From: an uncultured archaeon
Lineage (GTDB): Archaea > Aenigmatarchaeota > Aenigmatarchaeia > Aenigmatarchaeales > Aenigmatarchaeaceae
DNA length: 49,808 nucleotides
Direction: 5' to 3'
Assembly: GCA_964347265.1 (NCBI GenBank)
Contig: CAYFXV010000004.1
Span: 1-49,808, forward strand
Shown here in pieces: positions 16,758-26,737 of this stretch. Numbering within the stretch: position 1 is the stretch's first letter; the number at the start of each line of letters is the position of its first letter. A program made the translations under genes and the position numbers. Below the pieces are notes generated by a model that worked only from the letters and a program-made list of their open reading frames with translations, had not been told where the DNA came from and did not search any database.

Positions 16758-18947
16758 ATGGCAAAGGAAGAATATAGTGAAAAAGTACAAGAATTGATGA
16801 ATAATCCAAAGAATATCAGAAATATTGGTATTGTTTCTCATATTCATCATGGTAAAACTACTCTAACCGATAACTTAGCTGCTGCAGCAGGATTGATGGC
16901 TAGAGATTTAGTTGGAGAAAGAATGTTAACATGGATTGATGATCAAGAAAGAGAAAGATTAATGACAATTTATGGTGCAACAGTTACAATGTCTCATGAT
17001 TATGGGGGTGAAAGATACTTAATAAATCTTTTAGACACACCAGGACATGTTGATTTTGGTGCTGATGTTACTCAAGCTATGAGAGCTGTAGACGGAGCTG
17101 TAGTTCTTTGCTGTGCAGTTGAGGGTGTAATGCCACAAACAGAAACTGTTTTAAGACAAGCAATAGCAGAAAGAGTTAAACCTGTTTTATTTATTAATAA
17201 AGTTGACAGAGCAATAAGAGAACTAAAATTAACATCTGAACAATTGCAAAAAAGACTAGCAAAAATTGTTGTTGATGTTAATAAGTTTATTCAAAGACAT
17301 GTTGAAAAACAATATGCTAAAGATTGGGTAGTAAAAGTTGAAGATGGTTCTGTTGCATTTGGTTCAGCTTTGAAAAAATGGGCAATTTCTGTTCCTTTCA
17401 TGGAAAGGACAGGAGTAACATTTAAAGATATAATTGATTTATGCTCTCAAGAAAAAAATGAGGAATTAGCAGACAAAGCTCCAATGCATATTGTTGTTTT
17501 AGATATGGTTATTAAACACTTGCCAAATCCTCTAGAGGCTCAAGCTTACAGAATAGAAAGAATTTGGGAGGGTGATGTTAACTCAGAAATCGGTAAACAA
17601 TTAGTTAACTGCGATCCAAATGGAAAATTAGCTGCAGTTATAACTAAAATTACTTCTGATCCGCATGCTGGCATGATATCAACTTCAAGAATTTTTTCTG
17701 GTAAATTAACTAAAGGACAGAATATACATTTTGTTGATACTGGAAGAACTGCAAAAACTCAACAAGTTACAACATTTATTGCTTTAAGAAGGATACCAGT
17801 TGAGTATGCGCTTGCAGGAAATGTTGTTGGTATAGTTGGTTTATCAGAAGCTGCTGTTGGTCAAACAATAACTGAACCAGATTTTTCATTAGAAACTTTT
17901 AAAGCTATAAAACATATTTTTGAGCCAGTTGTTACAAAATCAATTGAACCTAAACATCCACAAGATTTACCCAAATTAATAGAAATCCTTAAAACATTAA
18001 GTAGAGAAGATACTACATTAAAAGTTAAAATAAATCCAGAAACTGGAGAAACTTTAGTTTCGGGTTTAGGTGAACTACATTTAGATGCAAAAGTTGAAAG
18101 GAAAATTAAAGAAAAAGGAATAGAAATTATAGCTTCGCCACCCATTGTTGTTTATAGGGAAAGTATTTTTTCCAATTCTCCTGTTATAGAAGGAAAATCT
18201 CCAAACAAACATAATAAATTTTATATTTCTGTTGAACCTCTTCCAAAAGAGATTTACAAAGTAATGACAGAAGGAGAAATAAGAGATGGAGAAATAAAAG
18301 GAAAGAATCTGGAATTAAGAAAGAGATTACAGGAATTAGGAATGAGTAAATCAGATGCAAAAGATTTAATTTTAATTCATAATCACTGTATGTTTTTAGA
18401 CTGTACAAAAGGTATTCAATATTTAAATGAAGCTATGGAAAATATAAAGGCTGCATTTATAAAAGTTATGGATGGAGGCCCTTTAGCACAAGAACCTTGT
18501 GCAGCTGTTATTGTTAGGTTGCATGATGCTGAATTGCATGAAGATGCTGTTCACAGAGGACCAGCACAGATTATGCCATCCATTCGTCGTCCAATTAATC
18601 AAGGCATGTTAAAAGCAGGTACTAGTTTTCTAGAACCCAGACAAATAATCAGGATAGATACTCCACAGGATTATATAGGAAATGTGACTGCTGAAGTTGG
18701 GAACAGGAGAGGAGAAATTCTAAATGTTGAACAAGAAGAATACACAGCAATTGTTACAGCCAAAGTTCCTGTTGCTGAAATGTTTGGTTTTGAAGGTGCT
18801 TTGAAGTCTGCTACAGGCGGTAAAGGCTTTCAATCTTTAATGGATGTTATGTTCGAGAAAATACCAAATGACCTAAGAGACCAGGTTGCTTTAAAAATTA
18901 GAGAAAGAAAAGGAATGCCTAAAGAAATTCCTAAATCTGAAATCTAA
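16758..18947 (+). CDS. fusA: Elongation factor aEF-2
   Basis: [34 protein letters not shown], diphthamide motif [11 protein letters not shown]. Confidence 0.96.
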   Translation: MAKEEYSEKVQELMNNPKNIRNIGIVSHIHHGKTTLTDNLAAAAGLMARDLVGERMLTWIDDQERERLMTIYGATVTMSHDYGGERYLINLLDTPGHVDFGADVTQAMRAVDGAVVLCCAVEGVMPQTETVLRQAIAERVKPVLFINKVDRAIRELKLTSEQLQKRLAKIVVDVNKFIQRHVEKQYAKDWVVKVEDGSVAFGSALKKWAISVPFMERTGVTFKDIIDLCSQEKNEELADKAPMHIVVLDMVIKHLPNPLEAQAYRIERIWEGDVNSEIGKQLVNCDPNGKLAAVITKITSDPHAGMISTSRIFSGKLTKGQNIHFVDTGRTAKTQQVTTFIALRRIPVEYALAGNVVGIVGLSEAAVGQTITEPDFSLETFKAIKHIFEPVVTKSIEPKHPQDLPKLIEILKTLSREDTTLKVKINPETGETLVSGLGELHLDAKVERKIKEKGIEIIASPPIVVYRESIFSNSPVIEGKSPNKHNKFYISVEPLPKEIYKVMTEGEIRDGEIKGKNLELRKRLQELGMSKSDAKDLILIHNHCMFLDCTKGIQYLNEAMENIKAAFIKVMDGGPLAQEPCAAVIVRLHDAELHEDAVHRGPAQIMPSIRRPINQGMLKAGTSFLEPRQIIRIDTPQDYIGNVTAEVGNRRGEILNVEQEEYTAIVTAKVPVAEMFGFEGALKSATGGKGFQSLMDVMFEKIPNDLRDQVALKIRERKGMPKEIPKSEI

Positions 18948-18997
18948 ATCATAAACCTTTAAATAATTATATTTTTAATAAGCTAAAAGGTGATTTT

Positions 18998-20287
18998 ATG
19001 GCAGAAAAACCACACTTGAACTTAGTGACTATTGGTCACGTAGATCATGGAAAATCTACTTTAATTGGTAGAATGCTATATGATACTGGTAATTTAAGAG
19101 AAGAAGATTTAAGAAAACTAAAAGAATTAGCAAAAGAATTAAAAAAAGAAACCTTTGAGTTTGCTTTTGTAATGGATAAATTAAAAGAAGAAAGAGAAAG
19201 AGGAGTTACAATAGATGTAATGCACAAGAGATTTGATACAGCAAAATATTATTTCACAGTTATTGACGCACCAGGTCACAGAGACTTTGTTAAAAACATG
19301 ATAACAGGTGCTTCTCAAGCAGATGCTGCCTTGTTAGTTGTTTCAGCAAAGCAAGGAGAATTTGAGGCAGGTGTTGGAGCAACTGGGCAAACAAGAGAGC
19401 ACGTGTTCTTAATAAAGGTTTTAGGTGTAAAACAAATCGTAGTTGCAGTAAACAAAATGGATACTGTTGATTACAACCAAGAAAGATACAATAAAGTTAA
19501 AGAGGAAACAGAAAAACTTTTGAGAACTGTTGGTTATGATACAAGCAAAATGTTATTTGTTCCAACTTCAGCTTGGGAAGGATATAATGTTGCAAAAAAA
19601 CCAGAAAAAGCAACATGGTATAAGGGACCAACATTATATGAAGCGCTTGATACATTTATTGTACCAGAAAAACCAGTTGAAAAACCTTTAAGACTTCCAA
19701 TTCAAGATGTTTATACAATAACTGGAATTGGAACAGTTCCTGTTGGAAGAGTAGAAACAGGTGTTTTGAAAACAGGAGACAATTTAATATTTATGCCAGG
19801 TGGTGTAAAAGGCGAGGTAAAATCAATAGAGATGCACCATGAACAAATTCCAGAAGCAAAGCCAGGAGACAATGTTGGCTTCAGTGTTAGAGGTATAAGC
19901 AAGGCTGATGTAAAAAGAGGAGATGTTGCAGGTTTAGAATCAAATCCTCCAACAGTTGCAAAAGAATTTACAGCACAAATAATTGTATTACATCATCCAA
20001 ATGTTGTAACAAAGGGTTACACTCCAGTATTTCATTGTCACACAGCACAAGTAGCATGTAAAATAACAGAAATACCAAAGAAAATTGATCCAAAAACAGG
20101 AGCAGTAATTAAAGAAAATCCAGATTTTATAAAGACAGGAGATGCGGCAATTATAAAATGTGTCCCAAGTAAACCAATGGTTATTGAAAATTCAAAAGAT
20201 TTTCCAGAGTTGGCAAGATTCGCAATTAGAGATATGGGTCAAACGGTTGCTGCAGGAGTTTGCTTAGAAGTTACTCCTGCCAAATAA
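18998..20287 (+). CDS. tuf: Elongation factor aEF-1alpha
   Basis: [49 protein letters not shown]. Confidence 0.98.
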   Translation: MAEKPHLNLVTIGHVDHGKSTLIGRMLYDTGNLREEDLRKLKELAKELKKETFEFAFVMDKLKEERERGVTIDVMHKRFDTAKYYFTVIDAPGHRDFVKNMITGASQADAALLVVSAKQGEFEAGVGATGQTREHVFLIKVLGVKQIVVAVNKMDTVDYNQERYNKVKEETEKLLRTVGYDTSKMLFVPTSAWEGYNVAKKPEKATWYKGPTLYEALDTFIVPEKPVEKPLRLPIQDVYTITGIGTVPVGRVETGVLKTGDNLIFMPGGVKGEVKSIEMHHEQIPEAKPGDNVGFSVRGISKADVKRGDVAGLESNPPTVAKEFTAQIIVLHHPNVVTKGYTPVFHCHTAQVACKITEIPKKIDPKTGAVIKENPDFIKTGDAAIIKCVPSKPMVIENSKDFPELARFAIRDMGQTVAAGVCLEVTPAK

Positions 20288-20329
20288 TTTTTTCTTTCTT
20301 AACTTCTTCTTTATTTTTTTCTTTTTAGT
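20288..20329 (+). terminator. T-rich archaeal terminator-like tract after tuf
   Basis: Repeated oligo-T runs directly after the stop codon. Confidence 0.5.
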
Positions 20330-20396
20330 AAATTATTTAAAAACATACTTGAAACACCAAGTAATATATAAATTGAAAATTCTAAATTCTAAGTGT

Positions 20397-20489
20397 ATGA
20401 ATTGGAAAGAATTTTGGATTGGATTTATAGTTGGATTTATAATTTGTCTAGGATTTGGTATATTTATTCTAGCATATTATAGTGGGTGA
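20397..20489 (+). CDS. 30-aa single-TM peptide, not in ORF track
   Basis: MNWKEFWIGFIVGFIICLGFGIFILAYYSG; its 3' end carries the GGTGA SD of the next gene. Confidence 0.6.
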   Translation: MNWKEFWIGFIVGFIICLGFGIFILAYYSG

Positions 20490-20495
20490 TGAAAA

Positions 20496-20846
20496 GTGAA
20501 AGATTTTATCAAAGGTTTTGTAATAGGTTTAGCTTTTGCTTGCTTAATAATTTTTTTATTAATTAGATTTTCTTATGAATATCATATGTCTAGGATATTT
20601 GCAAGTATACCTTCAGAAGAAAGGGCAAAAGTTAAATATTGTAGTATATTATTGAGAACTCGAAATGGTTGTAATATCCTCTATAATGTTTCAACTAATT
20701 CTATTTTTATAGAAGATTTTGATGCTAATAGAAATGGAGAATTAGATGATAAAGACACATTATTTGAATTATGTAAAAATTATTATGGTGCAATTAGTGA
20801 TTGTGAATGTAAAAAAGTTTGTGGTTGTGATATTCAGTGTGATTAA
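20496..20846 (+). CDS. Membrane-anchored Cys-rich protein with EF-hand/dockerin-like loop
   Basis: N-terminal TM; DANRNGELDDKD; Cys-rich tail. Confidence 0.7.
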   Translation: MKDFIKGFVIGLAFACLIIFLLIRFSYEYHMSRIFASIPSEERAKVKYCSILLRTRNGCNILYNVSTNSIFIEDFDANRNGELDDKDTLFELCKNYYGAISDCECKKVCGCDIQCD

Positions 20847-20956
20847 ATGACTTTTAAACAAGTCATGAATAGGCTATTTCTAAAAATCCGACTTAAAACA
20901 TATATGCTTATGTTTTAAGTAAATTATTTAAATACTTTAACAAATACATAGTGAAT

Positions 20957-21277
20957 ATGCAAAAAGCAAGAATAAAACTAATGAGTGCAGATCCCAAGAA
21001 ACTAGATGAGGTTTGTAATGAATTAAAAACAATAACTGATAGATTTGGCGTAGCCATGCGTGGGCCTATACCATTACCAACAAAAAAATTAAAAGTTGTT
21101 ACAATGAAAACTCCTTGTGGAGATGGAACAGGTCATGGAAATGCTACTTGGGATAGATGGGAAATGAGGATTCATAAAAGAGTTATTGATGTTTCTGCTG
21201 ATGAGAGAACATTAAGACAAATAATGAGAATAACTATTCCTGATGGAGTTTCTATAGGTATTCAATTAAGAGATTAA
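20957..21277 (+). CDS. rps10: 30S ribosomal protein S10 (uS10)
   Basis: [33 protein letters not shown]. Confidence 0.97.
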   Translation: MQKARIKLMSADPKKLDEVCNELKTITDRFGVAMRGPIPLPTKKLKVVTMKTPCGDGTGHGNATWDRWEMRIHKRVIDVSADERTLRQIMRITIPDGVSIGIQLRD

Positions 21278-21342
21278 TTATTTTCTAGATATTTAATGGA
21301 ATTTTTTTAAATATAAAAACTCTTTTAATAAATATTCTTTAT

Positions 21343-21426
21343 GCCGAGATCGCATAACATGGTAGTGCGCTAGCTTGGAGAGCTAGTGGTCGAAAGGCCA
21401 TGGGGGTTCAAATCCCTCTCTCGGCG
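21343..21426 (+). tRNA. tRNA-Ser(GGA), intronless
   Basis: GCCGAGA/TCTCGGC acceptor, CTAGC-TT-GGA-GA-GCTAG, long variable arm, G73; position after rps10. Confidence 0.96.
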
Positions 21427-21470
21427 CAATTTATTTATTTTAATTAATAATAATCTATTAGGTGAAAAAG

Positions 21471-21512
21471 ATGTGTGGTTGCGGATCAAAGAAGAAAAAG
21501 AAGAAAAAATAA
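21471..21512 (+). CDS. Candidate 13-aa micropeptide MCGCGSKKKKKKK
   Basis: AGGTGA SD 5 nt before ATG; mixed AAG/AAA Lys codons. Confidence 0.4.
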   Translation: MCGCGSKKKKKKK

Positions 21513-21542
21513 CTTTAAATAATTCTTTTTCTCATCTTTCTT

Positions 21543-22007
21543 ATGTTTGAGAAAACAGCAATGGTAATTGTAGCTAATACTTTACCTTCTTTAGAACAAA
21601 TAGGTGGGATAGCATTAGGAATAGCTCTAGGCTTAGATCCAATTTATACATTATTGATATCATTATTAGTTAATTGTCTTTTATTTTTTCCAGTATTTTT
21701 TGGATTAAAATTATTTTACAAAAGTTTTTTATCGAAAATAAGAATTTTTAATAAATATATACAAAGAGTCAGGAGAATAGGCAAACCATATATTGACAAA
21801 TATGGGATTATTGGCCTAACCCTATTTATTTCATTGCCAACACCTTTAACAGGAACATATACAGCTTCTATTTTAAGTTGGTTCCTAGATTTAGATTGGA
21901 AAAGGTCTTTTATTGCTATAGCAATAGGTTCTACTATAGGCGGTATAATTATTTTACTAAGTTCTGTTGGTTTTTTAAACATTTTGAAGCTATTTTTTAA
22001 TATTTGA
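21543..22007 (+). CDS. COG2426 small multidrug-export-like membrane protein
   Basis: LPSLEQIGGIALG, KYGIIGLTLFISLPTPLTGTYTASI. Confidence 0.85.
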   Translation: MFEKTAMVIVANTLPSLEQIGGIALGIALGLDPIYTLLISLLVNCLLFFPVFFGLKLFYKSFLSKIRIFNKYIQRVRRIGKPYIDKYGIIGLTLFISLPTPLTGTYTASILSWFLDLDWKRSFIAIAIGSTIGGIIILLSSVGFLNILKLFFNI

Positions 22008-22097
22008 TACAAAAAATAGAAAAATTTAAATATCTAACTTTCTATAGATTACATAGATTATAACATAGCTTATAAACTATCGGTTTCGAGTGATAAA

Positions 22098-22598
22098 ATG
22101 AGCTTATTAAAAGGAATCAGAAGCACTGTTTCATCCATATATCCCATTTTTAATGGTAAACCCGAGAGTTATTTAGTATGCTCTCTTAGTCTTAGGGGTG
22201 AAACTATAAATGTTCTTGGAAATCACAATCCAAAAACAATTGACCCTGGAAAAAATTATGAAATTTCTGTAGAAAAGACAGATTACGATAGACTAAGAGG
22301 ACTTCTAGGAATGGGAGGACTCACAAGTGTTTTAAGTTCAGAAAGAAAAATTAGAGATTGTAATGGTACAATGTGTTTTAGTGTAAGTGGTTTTGAATAT
22401 CGAGAATTAGCAAAATTTGAAAAATTTTTAAATGAGAAAAACGGTAAAAAAGAGCAAAAATCTGGTCCTCCAACACCAATCTATAAAAATGGAGGATGGA
22501 GACCACCTAAAGAGATGAGAAATGCATGGAATTATGTTGCTAGAAAGAGAAAGAATTTTCCAAGATTTGGAACTGGCAAAAAATTTGAAAACGCTTAA
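22098..22598 (+). CDS. Hypothetical protein
   Basis: 166-aa ORF with GAGTGA SD; no family recognised. Confidence 0.6.
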   Translation: MSLLKGIRSTVSSIYPIFNGKPESYLVCSLSLRGETINVLGNHNPKTIDPGKNYEISVEKTDYDRLRGLLGMGGLTSVLSSERKIRDCNGTMCFSVSGFEYRELAKFEKFLNEKNGKKEQKSGPPTPIYKNGGWRPPKEMRNAWNYVARKRKNFPRFGTGKKFENA

Positions 22599-22700
22599 AT
22601 ACTTTCTTAAATATATTTAATTCTGGAAAGTTTTCACGAAAAAGCGTGTTCTGAGAAGATTTAAATAGGTTTAAAATTTCATATTATAAAATGTGATTTA

Positions 22701-23651
22701 ATGCCACAAAGAAAAAGACCTGGTAGAGGAAGCAAAGCATTTTACCCTAGAAAAAGGGCTAGACGTATTTATCCTCGGATAAAATCATGGCCTAAGTCCA
22801 AAGAAGTAAAACTTTTGGGATTTGCTGGATATAAGGCTGGGATGTCACATGTTATATTAATTGATAATAATCCAAACTCAACAACAAGGGGCCAACAGAT
22901 AACAAGACCAATAACAATCCTTGATTGCCCTCCTCTTTCTGTTTTTGGTTTTAGATGCTATATAAACAATAAATCTTCTTCTGATGTTTTTTCTGAAAAA
23001 ATAGATAAAAATTTATCAAGAAAAATAAAGGTTCCTAAAAAACCAAAAAACCTTGAAGAACAATTATCAAAAATACCAAAAAATGTTTCTAAAATAAATT
23101 TAATTTGTCGTACAAATCCTAATTTTAAGAAAAAACCTGAAATTTTTGAGATTGCTTTAGGAGGTTTTGTAGAAGAACAGCTAAAATATGCTAAAGAAGT
23201 TTTAGGAAAAGAAATAAAAGCCTCTGATGTATTTAAAGAAGGGGATTTGGTTGATGTTGTTGCTGTAACAAAAGGAAAAGGTTTTGAAGGTCCAGTTAAA
23301 AGATTTGGTGTAAGAACTCATTGGAGAAAAGCTCAACAAATGCAAAGACATGTTGCTCCATTAGGTCAGAATGAACCAGGAAAAGTTAGATGGACAATTC
23401 CTCAAGCAGGTCAAACAGGTTTTCAAACAAGAAATGAATTAAATAAAAGAATTTTAAAAATTTCTGATGGTTTTAATGTTAAGGGTGGGTTTGTAAATTA
23501 TGGTAATGTTTCTGGAGATTGTGTTTTATTAGAAGGTTCTGTACCCGGTCCTAAAAAAAGATTAATAAGATTAAGATTTGCTATAAGGCCAAAGAAAGTA
23601 TATCCAGTTGATATCAAATACACTTCTACAGAGAGTAAGCAAGGTGTATAA
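22701..23651 (+). CDS. rpl3: 50S ribosomal protein L3 (uL3)
   Basis: RPGRGSKAFYPRKRA, FAGYKAGMSH, TKGKGFEGPVKRFG, LEGSVPGPKKRLIRLR. Confidence 0.97.
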   Translation: MPQRKRPGRGSKAFYPRKRARRIYPRIKSWPKSKEVKLLGFAGYKAGMSHVILIDNNPNSTTRGQQITRPITILDCPPLSVFGFRCYINNKSSSDVFSEKIDKNLSRKIKVPKKPKNLEEQLSKIPKNVSKINLICRTNPNFKKKPEIFEIALGGFVEEQLKYAKEVLGKEIKASDVFKEGDLVDVVAVTKGKGFEGPVKRFGVRTHWRKAQQMQRHVAPLGQNEPGKVRWTIPQAGQTGFQTRNELNKRILKISDGFNVKGGFVNYGNVSGDCVLLEGSVPGPKKRLIRLRFAIRPKKVYPVDIKYTSTESKQGV

Positions 23652-23652
23652 A

Positions 23653-23898
23653 ATGAAAGAGAGTTTTGGTTATATTAAAACAATGGAACTGGGAGCTAAC
23701 AGAATCCTTGTAATAATGTCTAACATAAAACAACCAGTAGCTGGATCTGAACAGTTTATAATATCATATGATATTCTTGATATGCTTCCAAAAATTGGGA
23801 GAAGAAAAATAGGCACTGATTTAGATGTTCATGAATTGAATGATATTATGTATCATCGCTTAAGACACTTAATAAAAATAAATGGTGAAAGTTTATGA
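23653..23898 (+). CDS. Hypothetical protein inserted between rpl3 and rpl4
   Basis: ATG 2 nt after the rpl3 stop; ATGA overlap with rpl4. Confidence 0.65.
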   Translation: MKESFGYIKTMELGANRILVIMSNIKQPVAGSEQFIISYDILDMLPKIGRRKIGTDLDVHELNDIMYHRLRHLIKINGESL

Positions 23899-24692
23899 AA
23901 ACAATTGTTTTTGATGTTCAGGGTAATCAGAAAAGCGAGATCGAATTACCCAAACTATTTAATACAAATTTCAGACCAGATTTAATAAAAAGAGCTGTAT
24001 TATCTATTCAAAGTCATAAAAGACAACCTTATGGTCCAAATAAATTAGCTGGAAAAAGATCATCAGCTCATTATCATGGAGTAAGAAGAGGTCCACACCA
24101 CATGATGAATATAGAAAGAGCTAGAATGGCTAGAATACATGGTGGTCCCCCAAATTTACAAATGACAGCAAGAGTTATTCCTGGAGCAGTTAAAGGAAGA
24201 AAAGCTCATCCTCCAAAAATTGAGAAGATTTGGTATAGAAAAATTAATAATAAAGAAAGAGTTTTTGCTATTAAGTCTGCAATAGCAGCTACAGCTTTAA
24301 AAGACATTGTATTAAAAAGAGGACATTTAGTTGACAATATTAATTTACCTATTGTTATTGATGATTCTTTACAAGAATTTAAAAAATCAAAAAATGTTAA
24401 AGAATTTTTAGAAAAAATAGGCTTGAAAAAAGAATTAGAAAGAGCAAAAAATAAAAAAGTTAGAGCTGGTAAAGGAAAAAGAAGGGGTAGAAAATATAAG
24501 AAGAAAAAATCTGTTCTTTTTGTTATTTTTGAAGATAAAGGAATTTTTAAAGCAGCAAAAAATATTCCTGGTGTTGATATTTGTTTGGCAACAAATCTGA
24601 ATGCTGAATTATTGGCTCCTGGAACTCATGCTGGAAGACTTACAATTTTTACAGAATCAGCAATTAAAAAACTTGGTGAGGTTTATGGTTAA
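23895..24692 (+). CDS. rpl4: 50S ribosomal protein L4 (uL4)
   Basis: FRPDLIKRAV, GRKAHPPK, KINNKERVFAIKSAIAAT, LLAPGTHAGRLTIFT. Confidence 0.97.
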   Translation: MKTIVFDVQGNQKSEIELPKLFNTNFRPDLIKRAVLSIQSHKRQPYGPNKLAGKRSSAHYHGVRRGPHHMMNIERARMARIHGGPPNLQMTARVIPGAVKGRKAHPPKIEKIWYRKINNKERVFAIKSAIAATALKDIVLKRGHLVDNINLPIVIDDSLQEFKKSKNVKEFLEKIGLKKELERAKNKKVRAGKGKRRGRKYKKKKSVLFVIFEDKGIFKAAKNIPGVDICLATNLNAELLAPGTHAGRLTIFTESAIKKLGEVYG

Positions 24693-24945
24693 ATGGGAAA
24701 AAATGCAATCTAATTTAATTACTAGATTAGCTAGGAGAATTAAGGGGGAGGAATGTTTTATCCATTCTTCACATCCACAATATTCTTTATGCTTAAAACA
24801 TCCATTCCCATTAACTGATAATCTTTACAGTATTAAAGTATATCAAAATGGAAACGAGATAGAAGAGATTAATAAATTACCAGAACATTCGTTAGGTCAT
24901 ATGTTGGTTTTAATAGGAAAAAGATTGGTGAATAAAAATGCCTAA
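24685..24945 (+). CDS. Hypothetical protein inserted between rpl4 and rpl23
   Basis: GGTGAGG SD before ATG 24685; overlaps both neighbours by 8 nt. Confidence 0.65.
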   Translation: MVKWEKMQSNLITRLARRIKGEECFIHSSHPQYSLCLKHPFPLTDNLYSIKVYQNGNEIEEINKLPEHSLGHMLVLIGKRLVNKNA

Positions 24946-25240
24946 AAAAACAAAAAAGAAAGAAGAAAGACCATTGTTAGTTGATCCTTGGAGTATTTTA
25001 TCTTATCCTTTACTAACAGAAAAAGCAATTGGAAAAATAGAAACTGAAAATAAGTTGATTTTTATTGTTAATAGAAAATCAAACAAAAAACAAATAAAAT
25101 GGGCAACTGAAAAAGCTTTTAATGTTGAGGTTGATAATGTTAGAACTTTGATTGATAGAAAAGGAAGAAAAAAGGCTTGGATAAAACTTTCAAAAGAATA
25201 TTCAGCAAGTGACATTGCTACTAGATTAGGTATGTTGTGA
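24938..25240 (+). CDS. rpl23: 50S ribosomal protein L23 (uL23)
   Basis: YPLLTEKA, ENKLIFIV, KKAWIKL, ASDIATRLG. Confidence 0.96.
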   Translation: MPKKTKKKEERPLLVDPWSILSYPLLTEKAIGKIETENKLIFIVNRKSNKKQIKWATEKAFNVEVDNVRTLIDRKGRKKAWIKLSKEYSASDIATRLGML

Positions 25241-25244
25241 TAAT

Positions 25245-25934
25245 ATGGGTAAAAGAATAATTCAAAGAGCAAGAGGAAAAGGAGGGCCTCGTTATCGTAG
25301 CCCGGGCCATAGATTTGTAAGTAAAATTAAATATGGATTTAAAAAAGGAAAAGTTATTGATATTGTTCATGATCCTGGAAGAGATGCGCCCTTAGCTAAA
25401 ATAAAAACAGATGATAAAGAAATTTTCATAATAGCTGCTGAAGGTTTAAAAGTTGGTGATGTTTTAGATATGGATGGTGAAGTAAAAAAGGGAAATGTAT
25501 TATCATTAAGTAAAATACCAAAAGGTTCTTTTATCTTTGCTATGGAAAATTATCCTGGTTCAGGTCCAAAACTTTGTTGTTCTCCTGGAACAAAAGCAAT
25601 CATAGTTTCTCATGAATCCAATAAAGTTATTGTTCAAATGCCTTCAAAAGAATTCAAATCTTTTAATCCTAAATGTTTGGCAACAATAGGAATACCTGCT
25701 GGTGGCGGTAGAAGAGATAAACCATTTGTCAAAGCAGGTCAAAAATTTTATTTAATGAAAACAAGAAACAAGCTTTGGCCAAGGACATCAGGAGTGAAAA
25801 TGAATCCAGTTGATCACCCATTTGGTGGTAGAACAAAACCAGGAATTCCAATGACAGTTTCAAGACATGCTTCTCCAGGTTCAAAAGTTGGTTCATTAGC
25901 AGCTAGAAGAACTGGTAGAAAGAAAAAGAAGTGA
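25245..25934 (+). CDS. rpl2: 50S ribosomal protein L2 (uL2)
   Basis: MGKRIIQRARGKG, HDPGRDAPLA, GVKMNPVDHPFGG. Confidence 0.97.
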   Translation: MGKRIIQRARGKGGPRYRSPGHRFVSKIKYGFKKGKVIDIVHDPGRDAPLAKIKTDDKEIFIIAAEGLKVGDVLDMDGEVKKGNVLSLSKIPKGSFIFAMENYPGSGPKLCCSPGTKAIIVSHESNKVIVQMPSKEFKSFNPKCLATIGIPAGGGRRDKPFVKAGQKFYLMKTRNKLWPRTSGVKMNPVDHPFGGRTKPGIPMTVSRHASPGSKVGSLAARRTGRKKKK

Positions 25935-25938
25935 TAAT

Positions 25939-26319
25939 ATGGCTAGAGTATTTTTGTATAAAGGAAAAGAAATTGAACAATTGCAAAAAATGAGTTTAGA
26001 AGAATTTGCAAAATTAGTTCCAGCAAGAGAGAGAAGAAGTTTATTAAGAGGTTTTAATGATACTGAGAAAAAGTTTTTAGAAAAGTTAAGAAAATCTGAA
26101 AAACCTGTTAAAACACATTTAAGAGAAATGGTGATTATACCAGAAATGTTGTTTAAAAAAGTTTTGATTCATAATGGTAAGGAATGGATATTAGTTGACA
26201 TAAAAGCTGAAATGCTTGGACATCGTTTAGGAGAGTTTGCCTTAACAAGAAAGAAAGTTACCCATTCAGCACCTGGAGTTGGTGCTACTAAATCGTCAAA
26301 GTTCCTTCCACTAAAGTGA
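25939..26319 (+). CDS. rps19: 30S ribosomal protein S19 (uS19)
   Basis: KTHLREMVIIPEM, EMLGHRLGEF, HSAPGVGATKSS. Confidence 0.97.
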   Translation: MARVFLYKGKEIEQLQKMSLEEFAKLVPARERRSLLRGFNDTEKKFLEKLRKSEKPVKTHLREMVIIPEMLFKKVLIHNGKEWILVDIKAEMLGHRLGEFALTRKKVTHSAPGVGATKSSKFLPLK

Positions 26320-26323
26320 TGTT

Positions 26324-26737
26324 ATGAAATATTCAATAAAATCCAAAGAAAAGGTCCGTGCTCTAAGTACAGTTTCAATATCGCACATACATGCGTCAAA
26401 AGTTTGTAAAGTTTTGAATAGAAAAAAATTTAGTGATGCAAAAAAGTTTTTAGAGAAACTGATTAACAAAGAAGTTTCAATTAATGGAAAACATTTTACT
26501 AAAACTTCTGAAGAGATTTTAAAAATTTTAAATCAGTTGGAAAGTAATGCGAGAACTTTGGATTTGGATCTGAATTCACTAAATCTTTTCATATCATCCC
26601 ATAAAGGAACTACTATGTATAGAGGTAGACGAGATAGGAGACATGGTATTAAATTAAAATCAGCTCACATACAAGCTGTTTTGAGTGATAAAGATGGCTT
26701 TGGAAAAAAAGTTCGTGAAAGAAGCAATAAGAAATAG
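26324..26737 (+). CDS. rpl22: 50S ribosomal protein L22 (uL22), divergent
   Basis: Position between rps19 and rps3; SISHIHASKVC, KTSEEILKIL, KSAHIQAVL. Confidence 0.82.
   Translation: MKYSIKSKEKVRALSTVSISHIHASKVCKVLNRKKFSDAKKFLEKLINKEVSINGKHFTKTSEEILKILNQLESNARTLDLDLNSLNLFISSHKGTTMYRGRRDRRHGIKLKSAHIQAVLSDKDGFGKKVRERSNKK

Noticed and set aside
16758-18947. Possibility that this is the diphthamide-less EF-2 paralog (aEF-2p)
   Set aside because: HEDAVHRG target motif is intact and the gene is in the canonical rps7-fusA-tuf position
22625-22660. Small hairpin CACG-AAAAAG-CGTG and a CTGA upstream of rpl3 as a possible sRNA or leader
   Set aside because: Only 4 bp, no matching C box, and lies in probable promoter sequence
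26694-26737. 44-nt overlap of rpl22 and rps3 as a possible frameshift or recoding site
   Set aside because: Both proteins look complete; best explained by C-terminal extension after stop-codon loss
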